DNA from: an uncultured Alistipes sp.
GTDB lineage: Bacteria; Bacteroidota; Bacteroidia; Bacteroidales; Rikenellaceae
DNA length: 64,000 nt
Direction: 5' to 3'
NCBI GenBank assembly: GCA_900545315.1
Contig: UQYM01000003.1
Location: 31,657-95,656, forward strand
Position numbers and translations under genes: made by a program. The notes below the pieces were generated by a model that was given only the letters and a program-made list of their open reading frames with translations, searched no databases and had not been told where the DNA came from. Shown in pieces: positions 54,039-64,000 of the stretch (the stretch's first letter is position 1; each line of letters opens with the position of its first letter).

Positions 54039-54863
54039 ATGCTCCCTTCCATGAATATCCTCGAACAGATCCTCGCCACCAAACAGCAGGAGGTGGCCGC
54101 TGCCAGAAAACAGAAATCTCTGGCCGCACTCGAAGCCGAAGCCACAGCCACTACACGCCGAGCCTACTCGTTGCGTGCAGCGCTGCTTGGTTCGCAGACG
54201 GGTATTATCGCCGAGTTCAAACGTAAATCGCCCTCAAAAGGCTTTATCAAAGAGCATGCAGAGGTAACCTCCATCACCACCGGATATGCACAGGCCGGAG
54301 CTGCGGCCCTCTCCATTCTGACCGACCGAGACTACTTTGCCGGCGATCTGAACGACTTGCAGGAGGCACGGCCTCACCTGTCCATTCCCATCCTGAGGAA
54401 AGATTTTATCATCGATCCCTACCAGATCTGTCAAGCACGGATTGCCGGAGCCGATGCCATTTTGCTGATTGCTGCAGCGCTTACACCGGGACAGGTCGAA
54501 CGTCTAGCCGCATATGCCCACGCACTTGGGCTGGAGGTATTGCTTGAGATACACCGCGCAGAGGAGTTGGATGCCCTGTGCAACTCGGTGGATGTAGTCG
54601 GCGTCAACAACCGCGATCTGACCACCTTTCACACCGATCCGGCACAATCTTTTGCACTGATCCAACACATTCCGCAACAGTTTGTCAAAATTTCGGAAAG
54701 CGGGCTTGCCGATCCTCAGACCGTTGCCCAGCTGTGTCAAGCAGGATTCAACGGATTCCTGATGGGCGAACGTTTTATGAAGACGGCCGACCCGGCTGCC
54801 GCCCTGCAAACGTTTATTCAAGAGCTGACCCACTGCAACTCCCATAACGAGTCCCGATCATGA
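54039..54863 (+). CDS. trpC: Indole-3-glycerol phosphate synthase
   Basis: IIAEFKRKSPSKG and VLLEIH motifs. Confidence 0.9.
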   Translation: MLPSMNILEQILATKQQEVAAARKQKSLAALEAEATATTRRAYSLRAALLGSQTGIIAEFKRKSPSKGFIKEHAEVTSITTGYAQAGAAALSILTDRDYFAGDLNDLQEARPHLSIPILRKDFIIDPYQICQARIAGADAILLIAAALTPGQVERLAAYAHALGLEVLLEIHRAEELDALCNSVDVVGVNNRDLTTFHTDPAQSFALIQHIPQQFVKISESGLADPQTVAQLCQAGFNGFLMGERFMKTADPAAALQTFIQELTHCNSHNESRS

Positions 54864-55489
54864 AAATCAAAATTTGTGGCATGCGTGAACCGGACAACAT
54901 CCGGCAGGTGACCGACCTTCACCCGGACTACATGGGATTTATCTTCTGGTCCGGCTCTCCGCGTAATGCCTGCCAACTCGATCCTGCAGCCCTCGCCACA
55001 GTACCACAAACCATTCGACGGGTCGGCGTCTTTGTCAACGAAACCGAAGAGCAGGTCATCCGTACCGCACAGAGATACCGACTCGATCTGGTCCAACTGC
55101 ACGGACATGAGTCGCCCGAAACCTGCCGGCGGATCAACCGAATCGTTCCGGTGATCAAAGCTCTCTCCGTAGCCACCCAGACCGATCTGGAACAGACTCA
55201 ACGCTATCAGGATTGCTGCTCAATCCTGCTGTTGGACACCAAGACCCCCACATACGGCGGTTCGGGACAACAGTTCGACTGGAGCCTGCTCGAACACTAC
55301 ACCGGCCCTCTCCCCTTCCTGCTCAGTGGAGGCATCGGACCTCAAGATGCCAAACGGCTTCTCGGCCTAAGACATCACGCACTACTGGGTTTCGATCTAA
55401 ACAGTCGTTTTGAAAGCGCTCCGGGACACAAAGAGTACAACTTGCTCAAACCATTTATCGAACAATTCAAAAAACAGAACCATGAATAG
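54860..55489 (+). CDS. trpF: Phosphoribosylanthranilate isomerase
   Basis: KICGMREPDN start. TIM barrel. 4-bp overlap with trpC. Confidence 0.85.
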   Translation: MKIKICGMREPDNIRQVTDLHPDYMGFIFWSGSPRNACQLDPAALATVPQTIRRVGVFVNETEEQVIRTAQRYRLDLVQLHGHESPETCRRINRIVPVIKALSVATQTDLEQTQRYQDCCSILLLDTKTPTYGGSGQQFDWSLLEHYTGPLPFLLSGGIGPQDAKRLLGLRHHALLGFDLNSRFESAPGHKEYNLLKPFIEQFKKQNHE

Positions 55490-56255
55490 AATAGATCATC
55501 TTTTTCAAGTCAAAACTTCAGGCATTGTATCGGTTTACTTCACGGCCGGATACCCCAAATTGGACGATACCACCGAGATCATCCGTGCACTTGCTGCACG
55601 CGGTACTGATCTGATCGAAATCGGCGTCCCCTTTTCCGATCCGATGGCCGACGGTAAAACCATTCAAAACAGCAGTACTGTTGCATTAAAGAACGGCATG
55701 ACCATGAAAAAGCTGTTCGAACAGCTGAAAGATATTCGTCAGGATGTAACCATACCGTTGATTTTAATGGGCTATCTCAACCCCGTCATGCAGTATGGCA
55801 TCGAACACTTTTGCCAAAGCTGCGCAGAGATCGGGATTGACGGCGTTATTCTGCCCGACCTTCCGTTGAACGACTACCTGCGAGACTTCAAACCACTGGC
55901 CGATAAATATGACCTGCGTTTCACCATGCTGATTACTCCCGAAACCTCGGACGAACGCATCAAACTGATCGATCAACACACCAACGGTTTCATCTATATG
56001 GTCTCCACAGCGGCCACCACCGGTACGCAAGACCATTTCTCCGATAGTACCATCCAGTATTTCGAACGGATCAACACCATGAAACTGCGCAATCCTCGCC
56101 TGATCGGATTTGGTATCTCCAACCCGGAAACACTGCAAGCGGCCCAACAACATGCCGCCGGTGCAATTATCGGCAGCGGTTTCATCAAAACGCTCGACTC
56201 CACCTCCACCATTCCTCAGGCTGTTGAAAAGCTGTACCACCAATTAGGATTATAA
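55482..56255 (+). CDS. trpA: Tryptophan synthase alpha chain
   Basis: IEIGVPFSDPMADG motif. Start chosen at MNRIDHLF with an 8-bp overlap with trpF; the track's upstream Met is rejected. Confidence 0.9.
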   Translation: MNRIDHLFQVKTSGIVSVYFTAGYPKLDDTTEIIRALAARGTDLIEIGVPFSDPMADGKTIQNSSTVALKNGMTMKKLFEQLKDIRQDVTIPLILMGYLNPVMQYGIEHFCQSCAEIGIDGVILPDLPLNDYLRDFKPLADKYDLRFTMLITPETSDERIKLIDQHTNGFIYMVSTAATTGTQDHFSDSTIQYFERINTMKLRNPRLIGFGISNPETLQAAQQHAAGAIIGSGFIKTLDSTSTIPQAVEKLYHQLGL

Positions 56256-56439
56256 CAGTCTAAATATCAATATATTCAGAATAAAAAATCAAAAAAAAGT
56301 AACCTTTGGCGCAATTTCTGATCTTACCGGCATGAAAAGTGCTCTTTTCAGTCAAAATAGAGAGAAAACGTTCACTTTATTTTTAGGATCAATAAAAAAG
56401 TGCTATATTCGTTTTATCAACCTCATAAATAATTGAGCT

Positions 56440-57018
56440 ATGAAAAAATTACTTTTTCTCGTTCTGGGGCTGGCAGGCTTGTGTACGGCAGCGTCGGCTC
56501 AAACCGGTTTCGGCTGGGGTGTTAAAGGTGGTCTGAATTTAACCGGTGCAACGAACCTCGGAGATAATACTCAAACTAAAACGGGCATAGTAGTAGGTGC
56601 TTTTGCGGACTATCGCTTCACCGATCATTTCGCACTGTCTGCTGATGTACTTTATTCTCGTCAAGGCGCTAGCATGGGTAAAAACGATGAGGGTGTTCGT
56701 ATCAAAGGTAGATTAAACTATTTGAACGTTCCTATTTTGGCCAACTATTATATCATTGGAGGCTTAGCTGTTAAAGCAGGTATTCAACCTGGTTTCTTAT
56801 TAAGCAGCAAAAGAATTATCAAATATGATGGTAATACAGACAAAAGAAATATAGAAGGATTATCGGGTGCCGACTTCTCAATTCCTGTTGGCGTTTCGTA
56901 TGACTGCCCATTTGGTATCATTCTTGAAGCGCGCTATAATATTGGTGTAACCAACATCGATTCAGGAGGGTCCTCTCGCAATAGCGTATTCTCAATTATG
57001 GTCGGTTACCGATTCTAA
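56440..57018 (+). CDS. Outer-membrane beta-barrel (porin/OmpA-like beta-barrel domain) protein
   Basis: Signal peptide (LGLAGLCTAASAQ), alternating beta-strand pattern, and a C-terminal aromatic residue (YRF). Confidence 0.7.
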   Translation: MKKLLFLVLGLAGLCTAASAQTGFGWGVKGGLNLTGATNLGDNTQTKTGIVVGAFADYRFTDHFALSADVLYSRQGASMGKNDEGVRIKGRLNYLNVPILANYYIIGGLAVKAGIQPGFLLSSKRIIKYDGNTDKRNIEGLSGADFSIPVGVSYDCPFGIILEARYNIGVTNIDSGGSSRNSVFSIMVGYRF

Positions 57019-57040
57019 TAGACCGGTTCAAAATAAGATT

Positions 57041-57080
57041 AACAAGAGGTCGGAAATTTCCGACCTCTTGTTGTTTTGTT
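57041..57080 (+). terminator. Rho-independent terminator
   Basis: AACAAGAGGTCGG-AAATTT-CCGACCTCTTGTT followed by GTTTTGTT. Confidence 0.7.
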
Positions 57081-57435
57081 CCCTTTCGCCTGTTTGCTTG
57101 GACCCGTAGAAAATGAAAATATTCTACGTCCTCTTACTCTTCCTGTTTGCTGCCGTCTCCGCTGCGGGCCAAACACTCAATCACAGCACTATGCAGTCTT
57201 TCGTGCAGACAGCTCCTTGATTATCCCCAATGAGGTGCCCAACAGTCCAATATCCTGAAACGAGACAGCTATCGCTTGATCCATGCAAGGTTTATCAAGA
57301 AAATTGAGCGAACCTTTGTTGATTATCCCTATTTTTGAATTTGTATTTTAGTCTGTTGACACATACAAAGAAGAGCCCAATAATCTTCTTATCAATCAAC
57401 GCAACCCGAAACGAAACTTGTAACTCAATAAAAAA

Positions 57436-58143
57436 ATGAAAAAACTTGTCATCTTCACCGGAGCCGGCATGAGCGCCGACAGTGGACTCTCCACCTTCCG
57501 TGATGCGGACGGATTGTGGGATAACTACCGCATCGAAGATGTCTGTACCCCCGAGGCACTGGCCAAAAATCGAAAACTGGTCATCGATTTCTACAACATG
57601 CGACGCAAAGAGCTGCTCTCCAAACAACCCAACGCCGGACATCTCGCCATTAAAAAACTCGAGCAATATTTCGATGTCGAGGTCATCACCCAAAATATCG
57701 ATGACCTGCACGAACGTGCCGGCAGTACCCATGTTACACACCTACACGGTGAGCTGAGAAAATTGAGAAGCAGCAAAAACGAAACCTTAACCGTCCCCAT
57801 CGAAGGCTGGGAACAACACTACGACGACCGTTGCGAAGATGGTTCCCTGTTGCGGCCGTTCGTCGTCTTCTTCGGCGAGAGTGTACCAATGTTCGACCGT
57901 GCCACACAGATCGCCTCAACCGCCGATATTTTCGTGATCGTGGGCACCTCACTGGCCGTTTATCCCGCTGCATCGCTGGTGCGTTATATTCGGCCCGAAA
58001 TACCGGTCTATCTGGTTGACCCCAATGAACCCGATACACGTGGTATTCGCAACCCGTTGGAGACCATCCGCATGCGGGCTGCCGAAGGGATGCCACTCCT
58101 GGCAGATAAGCTGATCAAAAAGTACGGACAAAAAGAGAATTAA
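57436..58143 (+). CDS. cobB: NAD-dependent protein deacylase (Sir2 family)
   Basis: GAGMSADSGLSTFR NAD-binding motif and QNIDDLHERAG. 235 aa. Confidence 0.85.
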   Translation: MKKLVIFTGAGMSADSGLSTFRDADGLWDNYRIEDVCTPEALAKNRKLVIDFYNMRRKELLSKQPNAGHLAIKKLEQYFDVEVITQNIDDLHERAGSTHVTHLHGELRKLRSSKNETLTVPIEGWEQHYDDRCEDGSLLRPFVVFFGESVPMFDRATQIASTADIFVIVGTSLAVYPAASLVRYIRPEIPVYLVDPNEPDTRGIRNPLETIRMRAAEGMPLLADKLIKKYGQKEN

Positions 58144-58356
58144 ATCAAGGATTGCCCAACGGGTGCCTGACACACCTGCGGCATTTCATTAGGCAACCAG
58201 GACACCTATCAACTTGCCTTCGCGGCATGCGGCTCATGTTAAAGGAGAATTAAAAGCGAGGCACGTCCAGCGAGCACCTGATGTATCTGATACATCTGCG
58301 GCGCTGCCCGCAAGCCCCATACCACTCTCTCCTGCCTTCACAGCGTGAAACTCAAG

Positions 58357-58397
58357 CAAAAATAAGAGGGCCCGACTGGTATTCAGTCGGGCCCTCT
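58357..58397 (-). terminator. Terminator of the CoA-transferase gene (bidirectional hairpin)
   Basis: AGAGGGCCCGACTG-GTATTC-AGTCGGGCCCTCT with TATTTTTG on the minus strand, about 27 nt after the stop. Confidence 0.6.
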
Positions 58398-58423
58398 GCT
58401 ATAAGCCTATTCAGACGACCGGA

Positions 58424-59746
58424 TTATTTGGTCGGAGTAGTTGCTTTAATATAGGCGTGGTGAGGACCGAAACGCTCGAATGCAGCACGATCCAACTCCT
58501 CCTGATGGTCGGGGTGAGCCACTGAAATGATCAAACGGGCACGCTCCTGCATCGATTTACCATACAGATCCACAGCACCATACTCAGTAACAAACCAGTG
58601 TACGTGTGCACGCGTCGTTACCACACCGGCACCATTGGTCAGGGTCGGAGCGATCTTGCTGATTCCCTTATTGGTTACTGAAGGCATGGCAAGAATGGCT
58701 TTACCGCCCTCAGAACGTGAAGCACCATAGATAAAGTCGATCTGACCGCCCACACCCGAGTAGAACTTCGTTCCGAGTGAGTCAGCACAAATCTGACCGG
58801 TCAAATCCACCTGCAAAGCTGAGTTAATAGCGGTAACCTTCGGGTTTTTAGAAATGATATATGGGTCGTTGGTGTAACCTACATCCATCATCAAGACACC
58901 AGGGTTGTTGTCGATGAAGTCATAAACGGTCTGAGATCCCATCAAGAAGGTCGAAACCATCTTACCCTTATCGATCGCTTTGTTACGACCGTTGATTACA
59001 CCGCTCTCTACCAACGGCAATACTCCGTCAGCAAACATTTCGGTGTGGATACCCAGGTTTTTGTGGTTGCCCAACTGTGCCAACACAGCATTCGGAATGG
59101 CACCGATACCCATCTGCAAGCAGGCACCGTCCTCGATCAACGCTGCACAGTTCTTACCGATAGCGGTCTCGATCTCGTTAGGTACTGAGAAGTGAGCCTC
59201 AACCAGTGGAGTATCATCCTGTACAAAAGTATCGATATCATCAACCGTGATGAAAGCATCACCAAACGAACGAGGAACATGTTTGTTGACCACAGCGATC
59301 ACATGCTCTGCGCACTCAACGGCAGCCAATGTGGCATCTACCGAAGTACCCAAAGAGACATAACCGTGAGCATCAGGTTCAGATACCTGAATCATCGCCA
59401 CGTTACATGGCAGTACGCCGCTACGATACAAACGCTGCGTTTCGCTCAAGAAAATAGGAATATAATCGGCATATCCCGACTGGGTCACTTTACGAACGTT
59501 ACTGCCGACAAAGAACGAATCGAGCTGGAAAATCCCCTCGAATTCCGGATCGGCATAAGGTGCAGGACCTTCCGTGTGCAAGTGATGGATATGCACATCT
59601 TTCAGTTCGTGGTTGCGGCCGCGGTCACACATGGCCTGAATCAGACACTGCGGAGCACTGGCAACACTACTCAAGTGGACATGATCACCCGACTTGATAA
59701 CCTTGACCGCCTCGGCAGCAGACACATATTTGATCTGTTTCTTCAT
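58424..59746 (-). CDS. Acetyl-CoA hydrolase/transferase family protein (4-hydroxybutyrate / short-chain acyl-CoA:acetate CoA-transferase-like)
   Basis: 440 aa with family-typical segments (SGVGGQIDFIYGA; GIHTEMFADG). Confidence 0.8.
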   Translation of the reverse strand: MKKQIKYVSAAEAVKVIKSGDHVHLSSVASAPQCLIQAMCDRGRNHELKDVHIHHLHTEGPAPYADPEFEGIFQLDSFFVGSNVRKVTQSGYADYIPIFLSETQRLYRSGVLPCNVAMIQVSEPDAHGYVSLGTSVDATLAAVECAEHVIAVVNKHVPRSFGDAFITVDDIDTFVQDDTPLVEAHFSVPNEIETAIGKNCAALIEDGACLQMGIGAIPNAVLAQLGNHKNLGIHTEMFADGVLPLVESGVINGRNKAIDKGKMVSTFLMGSQTVYDFIDNNPGVLMMDVGYTNDPYIISKNPKVTAINSALQVDLTGQICADSLGTKFYSGVGGQIDFIYGASRSEGGKAILAMPSVTNKGISKIAPTLTNGAGVVTTRAHVHWFVTEYGAVDLYGKSMQERARLIISVAHPDHQEELDRAAFERFGPHHAYIKATTPTK

Positions 59747-59796
59747 GGTGGTTATTAATGAAATGAATTGAAGTTGAAGTTCTGAATATCAGTTTG

Positions 59797-59804
59797 CAAA
59801 TGTA
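59797..59804 (-). promoter_or_regulatory. Candidate -7 element (TACATTTG on the minus strand) for the CoA-transferase gene
   Basis: TAnnTTTG match about 50 nt upstream of the start. Confidence 0.35.
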
Positions 59805-60290
59805 ATATTTTTTCAGATCGGAAACTGCAAAAACAACGTAAAAGTTCGCGCAATCGAAAGGAAACCCTCTTGCGGACCAAATGCCTCAACCAAACGGCCA
59901 CTCCTCCCACTCTCGGTCAACGTTTTCCCCAACAAGACCGCATCGATTTTGTACCGCATAAAACCGCCCGTTTCCTTCTCTCGCCGTTCTCAGGAAATTC
60001 GCCCAAACAAATTTCTCAGCCTCACTCCAGTTTGCTGCCATAGATGCAGTCAGAGCATCTTTCCACTCTTCGGACCGTCACACAATATGACAACTGTTCC
60101 TCGACAAATGCGACTGTCCACATCCGCCCCGCAAAAAAAAGAAGCAGGTAAAAAAGCAAGCCCCCGCTATCACAAAATCGAGCCACCGAAATCAGCGACC
60201 CGCAGCAAACCTACCATTACTTTTTATGGTTATCGATGACAACGCTGACAACAACTTTTTCACCTTTACATTACACCATCCTCTCCCCCA

Positions 60291-60324
60291 CAAAAAAATT
60301 GGGACCATCTTTCGAAAGTCCCAA
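60291..60324 (-). terminator. Terminator of the fumarase gene
   Basis: TTGGGAC-loop-GTCCCAA hairpin flanked by A7 (plus strand), which is T7 on the minus strand, 23 nt after the stop. Confidence 0.55.
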
Positions 60325-60346
60325 TTTTCTATAAACGTCACTAAAA

Positions 60347-61957
60347 CTATTTCTTGAACTCAGCAAAGAAGTCGTTGCCTTTGTCGTCCACCAGCAAGAA
60401 GGCCGGGAAGTTCTCGACGTAAATCTTGCGGACAGCCTCCATACCCAGTTCCGGGAAGTCAACCACCTCAACCGATTTGATGCTGTTCTTGGCCAAAACG
60501 GCGGCTGGACCTCCAATCGAACCCAGATAGAAGCCGCCATGTTTCTTGCAGGCGTCCGTAACAGCCTGAGAACGGTTACCCTTGGCAACCATCACCATCG
60601 AACCGCCCAGACTCTGGAACAGATCCACGTACGGGTCCATACGACCTGCTGTGGTCGGGCCGAAGCTACCCGATGCCATACCCTGCGGAGTCTTGGCAGG
60701 ACCTGCATAATAAATCGGGTGCTTCTTGAAGTATTCCGGCATCGGTTTGCCCTCTTCGATCATCTGTTTGATGCGAGCATGTGCAATATCACGCGCTACA
60801 ATCAACGTACCCTTCACATTAAAGCGGGTCTTAACCGGATATTTCGACAAGGTCTCACGTACTTTGTCCATACCCTCATCGAGATCCAACTCAACAGCAG
60901 GCTGCATATTGGGTGCCTCCTTAGGCAGGAAACGGGCCGGATTCTTCTCGAGCTGTTCGAGGAAAATACCCTCCGGAGTAATCTTGGCCTTGATGTTACG
61001 GTCTGCGCTGCAGCTAACGCCAATACCTACCGGGCAAGAGGCAGCATGACGTGGCATACGAATCACCCGTACATCGTGAACGAGATATTTACCACCGAAC
61101 TGAGCACCAACTCCGCACTCACGGCAGATCTTCAGCACCTTCTCTTCCCACTCCAGATCACGGAAAGCACGGCCGCCTTCGTTACCACTGGTTGGCAGAT
61201 TGTCCAGATAACCAGCCGATGCCTTCTTGACAGCCGAGAGGTTAGCCTCAGCTGAGGTACCGCCAATCACAATCGCCAAATGGTAGGGAGGACATGCTGC
61301 CGTTCCCAAATCCATGATATGGGTCTTGATAAAGTTGGTCAGGTTCTCCTCGGTCAACAGCGCCTTGGTCTGCTGATACAGGAAAGTCTTATTGGCCGAT
61401 CCACCACCTTTGGTGATGAACAGGAATTTGTACTCGTTGCCCTGAGTAGCATAGATGTCGATTTGAGCCGGCAGGTTCGTGCCACTGTTCTTCTCCTCGA
61501 TCATCGTGAAAGGAACCACCTGCGAATAACGAAGATTGCGCTCCTTGTAGGTCTCGTAAACACCCTTCGACAACGCCTCGGCATCGTTCGCTCCGGTGTA
61601 AACATCCTCACCCTTCTTACCGATTACAATCGCCGTACCGGTATCCTGACAGGTGGGAAGCTCTCCCTCTGCGGCAACCGTCTGGTTAATCAGCATCGTG
61701 TAGGCAACAAACTTGTCGTTGTCGGTAGCCTCCGGATCCTTCAGAATGTTGGCCAACTTCTGAAGATGCGCCGCACGCAGATAGAACGAAACATCACTGA
61801 ACGCCGCTTTGGACAATACCTCCAAACCTTTGGGATCTACCTTGAGAATTTTGCGGCCATCGCACTCGACAACCTTCACGTAATCCTTCGTAAGCAGACG
61901 ATACTCCGTTGTGTCGGCCGACAACGGGAACGGCTCCTGATACTTGAACTCTGACAT
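60347..61957 (-). CDS. fumB: Class I fumarate hydratase (Fe-S hydro-lyase, FumA/FumB type)
   Basis: 536 aa, two-domain Fe-S hydrolyase. The [10 protein letters not shown] cluster-binding motif sits in the N-terminal (alpha) half; the beta-type domain forms the C-terminal half. Confidence 0.9.
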   Translation of the reverse strand: MSEFKYQEPFPLSADTTEYRLLTKDYVKVVECDGRKILKVDPKGLEVLSKAAFSDVSFYLRAAHLQKLANILKDPEATDNDKFVAYTMLINQTVAAEGELPTCQDTGTAIVIGKKGEDVYTGANDAEALSKGVYETYKERNLRYSQVVPFTMIEEKNSGTNLPAQIDIYATQGNEYKFLFITKGGGSANKTFLYQQTKALLTEENLTNFIKTHIMDLGTAACPPYHLAIVIGGTSAEANLSAVKKASAGYLDNLPTSGNEGGRAFRDLEWEEKVLKICRECGVGAQFGGKYLVHDVRVIRMPRHAASCPVGIGVSCSADRNIKAKITPEGIFLEQLEKNPARFLPKEAPNMQPAVELDLDEGMDKVRETLSKYPVKTRFNVKGTLIVARDIAHARIKQMIEEGKPMPEYFKKHPIYYAGPAKTPQGMASGSFGPTTAGRMDPYVDLFQSLGGSMVMVAKGNRSQAVTDACKKHGGFYLGSIGGPAAVLAKNSIKSVEVVDFPELGMEAVRKIYVENFPAFLLVDDKGNDFFAEFKK

Positions 61958-62337
61958 ATCTCTGTTTATTGATTTGTGTTAAACGTTATTTCTGATACGC
62001 AAAGGTAAAAATATTTGTACGGATTCCGACAACCACACTCCGATAACACAATAAAAAACTACCCCCAATCCATCTTTTAACCACGTATATAGTAATAAGT
62101 AAATACTTTCCTCAATGCCTTGTGTAGTGCCCAGAAGCACTGATCTCTCCCCCCTATTCTTGCCTATTCTTGCAGAGCTTTTTCAACAAGCAGAACACCA
62201 TATAGCGTACAAGACTCGCATCGCAAGGTGCAGGATCAATATAAATGATACATGGTTGTTTGACAATGATCGCAACTCACGAATAAAAACAAGCCCCGTC
62301 CAATTTCGCTCTGCCTCAAACCCTAAAATCAAAAAAG

Positions 62338-62370
62338 TTTGCTTTTTTTAGAAAAATACGATACATTTGT
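62338..62370 (+). promoter_or_regulatory. Bacteroidota-type promoter TTTG-N21-TACATTTG upstream of rpsF
   Basis: TTTG at 62338-62341 and TACATTTG at 62363-62370. The start codon is 35 nt downstream. Confidence 0.5.
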
Positions 62371-62404
62371 GGCTCAAATTTCAAACACTTTTAAAAATCG
62401 CATT

Positions 62405-62746
62405 ATGAACCATTACGAAACCGTTTTCATTGCTACACCGGTTCTCTCTGATGTTCAGATGAAAGAGGCTGCTAGCAAATTCCGCGGTGTCATCACCGAA
62501 AACGGCGGTCAAATCGTTAGCGAAGAGGATTGGGGTCTGCGTAAGTTGGCCTATCCTATTCAGAAAAAGACCACCGGCTTCTACTATCTCATGGAGTTCA
62601 CCGGCGAAGGCGACCTCGTTGAGAAACTCGAAACCCAGTATCGTCGTGACGAGCGTGTCATCCGTTTCCTCACCTTCAAAATGGATAAATACGCCGTTGA
62701 ATACGCCGAAAAACGTAGAAACAAAAAAAACGCTAAACAAGAGTAA
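62405..62746 (+). CDS. rpsF: 30S ribosomal protein S6
   Basis: MNHYETVFI start, typical of S6. The track's upstream Met is rejected. Confidence 0.9.
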   Translation: MNHYETVFIATPVLSDVQMKEAASKFRGVITENGGQIVSEEDWGLRKLAYPIQKKTTGFYYLMEFTGEGDLVEKLETQYRRDERVIRFLTFKMDKYAVEYAEKRRNKKNAKQE

Positions 62747-62751
62747 AAGCC

Positions 62752-63021
62752 ATGGCACAGACTCAATCAGAAATCAGATATCTCAACCCTCCTACAGTAG
62801 AGGTTAAGAAGAAAAAATATTGCCGCTTCAAAAAAGCCGGTATCAAATACGTCGATTACAAAGACGCTGAATTCCTTAAGAAGTTCCTCAACGAACAGGG
62901 TAAAATCCTCCCTCGCCGTCTGACCGGTACCTCGCAGAAATTCCAGAAAAAGGTGGCTACCGCTGTTAAACGTGCCCGCCACTTGGCTATCCTGCCATTC
63001 GTAACTGATATGTTCAAATAA
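62752..63021 (+). CDS. rpsR: 30S ribosomal protein S18
   Basis: [15 protein letters not shown] and ILPRRLTG motifs. Confidence 0.9.
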   Translation: MAQTQSEIRYLNPPTVEVKKKKYCRFKKAGIKYVDYKDAEFLKKFLNEQGKILPRRLTGTSQKFQKKVATAVKRARHLAILPFVTDMFK

Positions 63022-63041
63022 TCAAAACCGGAGGACCCATC

Positions 63042-63485
63042 ATGCAAGTAATTCTGAAGAAAGACATTGAGAAGTTGGGCTACGCCGACGAGATCGTAGA
63101 TGTTCGCCCCGGTTATGCCAATAACTACCTGATTCCGCAGGGTTATGCCATCAGCGCTACCACTTCTGCAAAAAAAGTGCTGGCTGAAACCCTCAAACAG
63201 CGCGCTCACAAAGAGGCGAAACTCGTTGCCGACGCTGAAGCTCTGGCCGCTAAACTGGCTGAAACCGCTCTCACCATCGCTGCTAAGGCTGAAGAGGGCC
63301 GTATCTTCGGTTCAGTAACCGCTGCCGACCTGGCCGCTGCACTCGAGAAACTCGATATCGCTGTGGATCGTAAAAACATCTCTCTCGAGGCCGTTAAAAC
63401 CCTCGGTGAGTACGAAGCCAAAGTTAAAATCTACAAAGGCATCAACGGTACTATCAAATTCAGTGTCGTTGCTGAAGAGGCTTAA
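63042..63485 (+). CDS. rplI: 50S ribosomal protein L9
   Basis: MQVILKKDIEKLG N-terminus. 147 aa. Confidence 0.9.
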   Translation: MQVILKKDIEKLGYADEIVDVRPGYANNYLIPQGYAISATTSAKKVLAETLKQRAHKEAKLVADAEALAAKLAETALTIAAKAEEGRIFGSVTAADLAAALEKLDIAVDRKNISLEAVKTLGEYEAKVKIYKGINGTIKFSVVAEEA

Positions 63486-63506
63486 TAAACTTTCACAATC
63501 AAATAA

Positions 63507-63540
63507 AAGAGGCAGCCAAATGGCTGCCTCTTTTATTTTG
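63507..63540 (+). terminator. Rho-independent terminator of the rpsF-rpsR-rplI operon
   Basis: AAGAGGCAGCC-AAAT-GGCTGCCTCTT followed by TTATTTTG. Confidence 0.7.
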
Positions 63541-63699
63541 CTCTCTCTTCCTTATTCATATTCATAAGCGATCATAAGCGAGATAAAGCATGGGCCAGTG
63601 AATGTTCTGAGTCAAGCTTCTTGCCTCGCCCAGCATAATTTAGACAGGATTGCAGGATGCGCGCGGGTATGTTCGAGTATTATTCGGGGATCACTCTTG

Positions 63700-64000
63700 A
63701 GAGTTTGAATGAAGCCAGATGTGGCGCTCAGGATGGCATACGGTAGCGCTCACGGCACTCGTGGAGCTGTTCGGGAAGACACTAACGGTGGGGCCTGCAA
63801 GTGATCAGAAGTGTCTTGGCGCTTGCTTAGAATAACCTCACGGGCGATATTAGGGCAGATGTCCGAGGACGGCACAAGGAGCGCTCGGGATGAGACTTGG
63901 GAGGAATTCGAGGAAACTCGAAGAAAGCACTCACGGGCGTACTCAAGGGAATGTTGGTGAGGATTACACTTAAACAGTGTGAAAAGGCAGAAAGAGCAGC
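63700..64000 (+). other. 16S rRNA-like sequence: colinear with the 5' domain of bacterial SSU rRNA but strongly divergent. It runs off the window end.
   Basis: Motifs appear in 16S order and spacing: AGAGTTTGA (63700-08), GCTCAGGATG (63726-35), GCAAGTGA (63797-804), GTCTTGGCGCTTGCTTAG (63813-30), CACGGGCGA (63839-47), TCGAAGAAAG (63918-27), GTTGGTGAGG (63953-62). A 12-17 nt insertion interrupts the universal 27F site. Confidence 0.3.

Noticed and set aside
63700-64000. Calling the terminal element a normal 16S rRNA gene
   Set aside because: The universal 27F region is interrupted by an insertion. Overall identity to Bacteroidota 16S is far below what the protein-coding genes would imply. It is reported as a divergent 16S-like element of uncertain nature.

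Overview
This window reads as a core-chromosome segment of a Bacteroidota (Bacteroidales-like) genome. That assignment rests on the protein families present and on several upstream TAnnTTTG promoter motifs; there is no 16S confirmation. The window is densely packed with housekeeping genes on both strands. I found no CRISPR array, no obvious mobile element and no defence island.

Recognisable content, in order along the window:
- a 3'-truncated nitrilase-superfamily amidohydrolase;
- a DedA-family membrane protein and aroE;
- a methylmalonyl-CoA decarboxylase-type carboxyltransferase with its biotin-carrier protein;
- ispE, then a GSCFA protein overlapping a zinc-ribbon membrane protein;
- a secreted alkaline-phosphatase-family protein;
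- SufE and SufT-like proteins, a DUF2851 protein, secA;
- relA/spoT, xseA and xseB;
- aspA, pyrF and prfA;
- a translationally coupled operon: a YbaN(DUF454)-MqnB fusion, mqnD, bioF, bioG, bioC;
- RNase P RNA on the minus strand, which the ORF track misses and which is overlapped by spurious ORFs;
- queA, a surface-type lipoprotein, ygiQ (radical SAM);
- dnaB, comM, comEC, a THUMP-like methyltransferase, nhaC, yihY, a DUF2520 protein, kdsC;
- prmA and xerD;
- a complete trp operon (trpB-E-G-D-C-F-A) preceded by a WWW leader peptide and an attenuator hairpin;
- an outer-membrane beta-barrel protein, cobB (sirtuin), a CoA-transferase, a class I fumarase;
- rpsF, rpsR and rplI.

Observations worth a second look:
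1. The last ~300 nt of the window is colinear with the 5' domain of 16S rRNA but strongly divergent, including a disrupted 27F site.
2. The trp leader-peptide attenuator.
3. The YbaN-MqnB fusion inside a mixed menaquinone (futalosine) and biotin operon.
4. Several unusually long ORF-free tracts: 735-1699, 30847-31626, 32746-33435 and 36920-37447. One of them ends in a 15-bp perfect hairpin and may encode an unannotated structured RNA.
5. Low-complexity or extra-domain insertions in ComEC, the THUMP-like methyltransferase, DnaB and YihY.

Everything here is from reading the sequence by eye. I ran no searches or covariance models. Approximate coordinates are marked as such.
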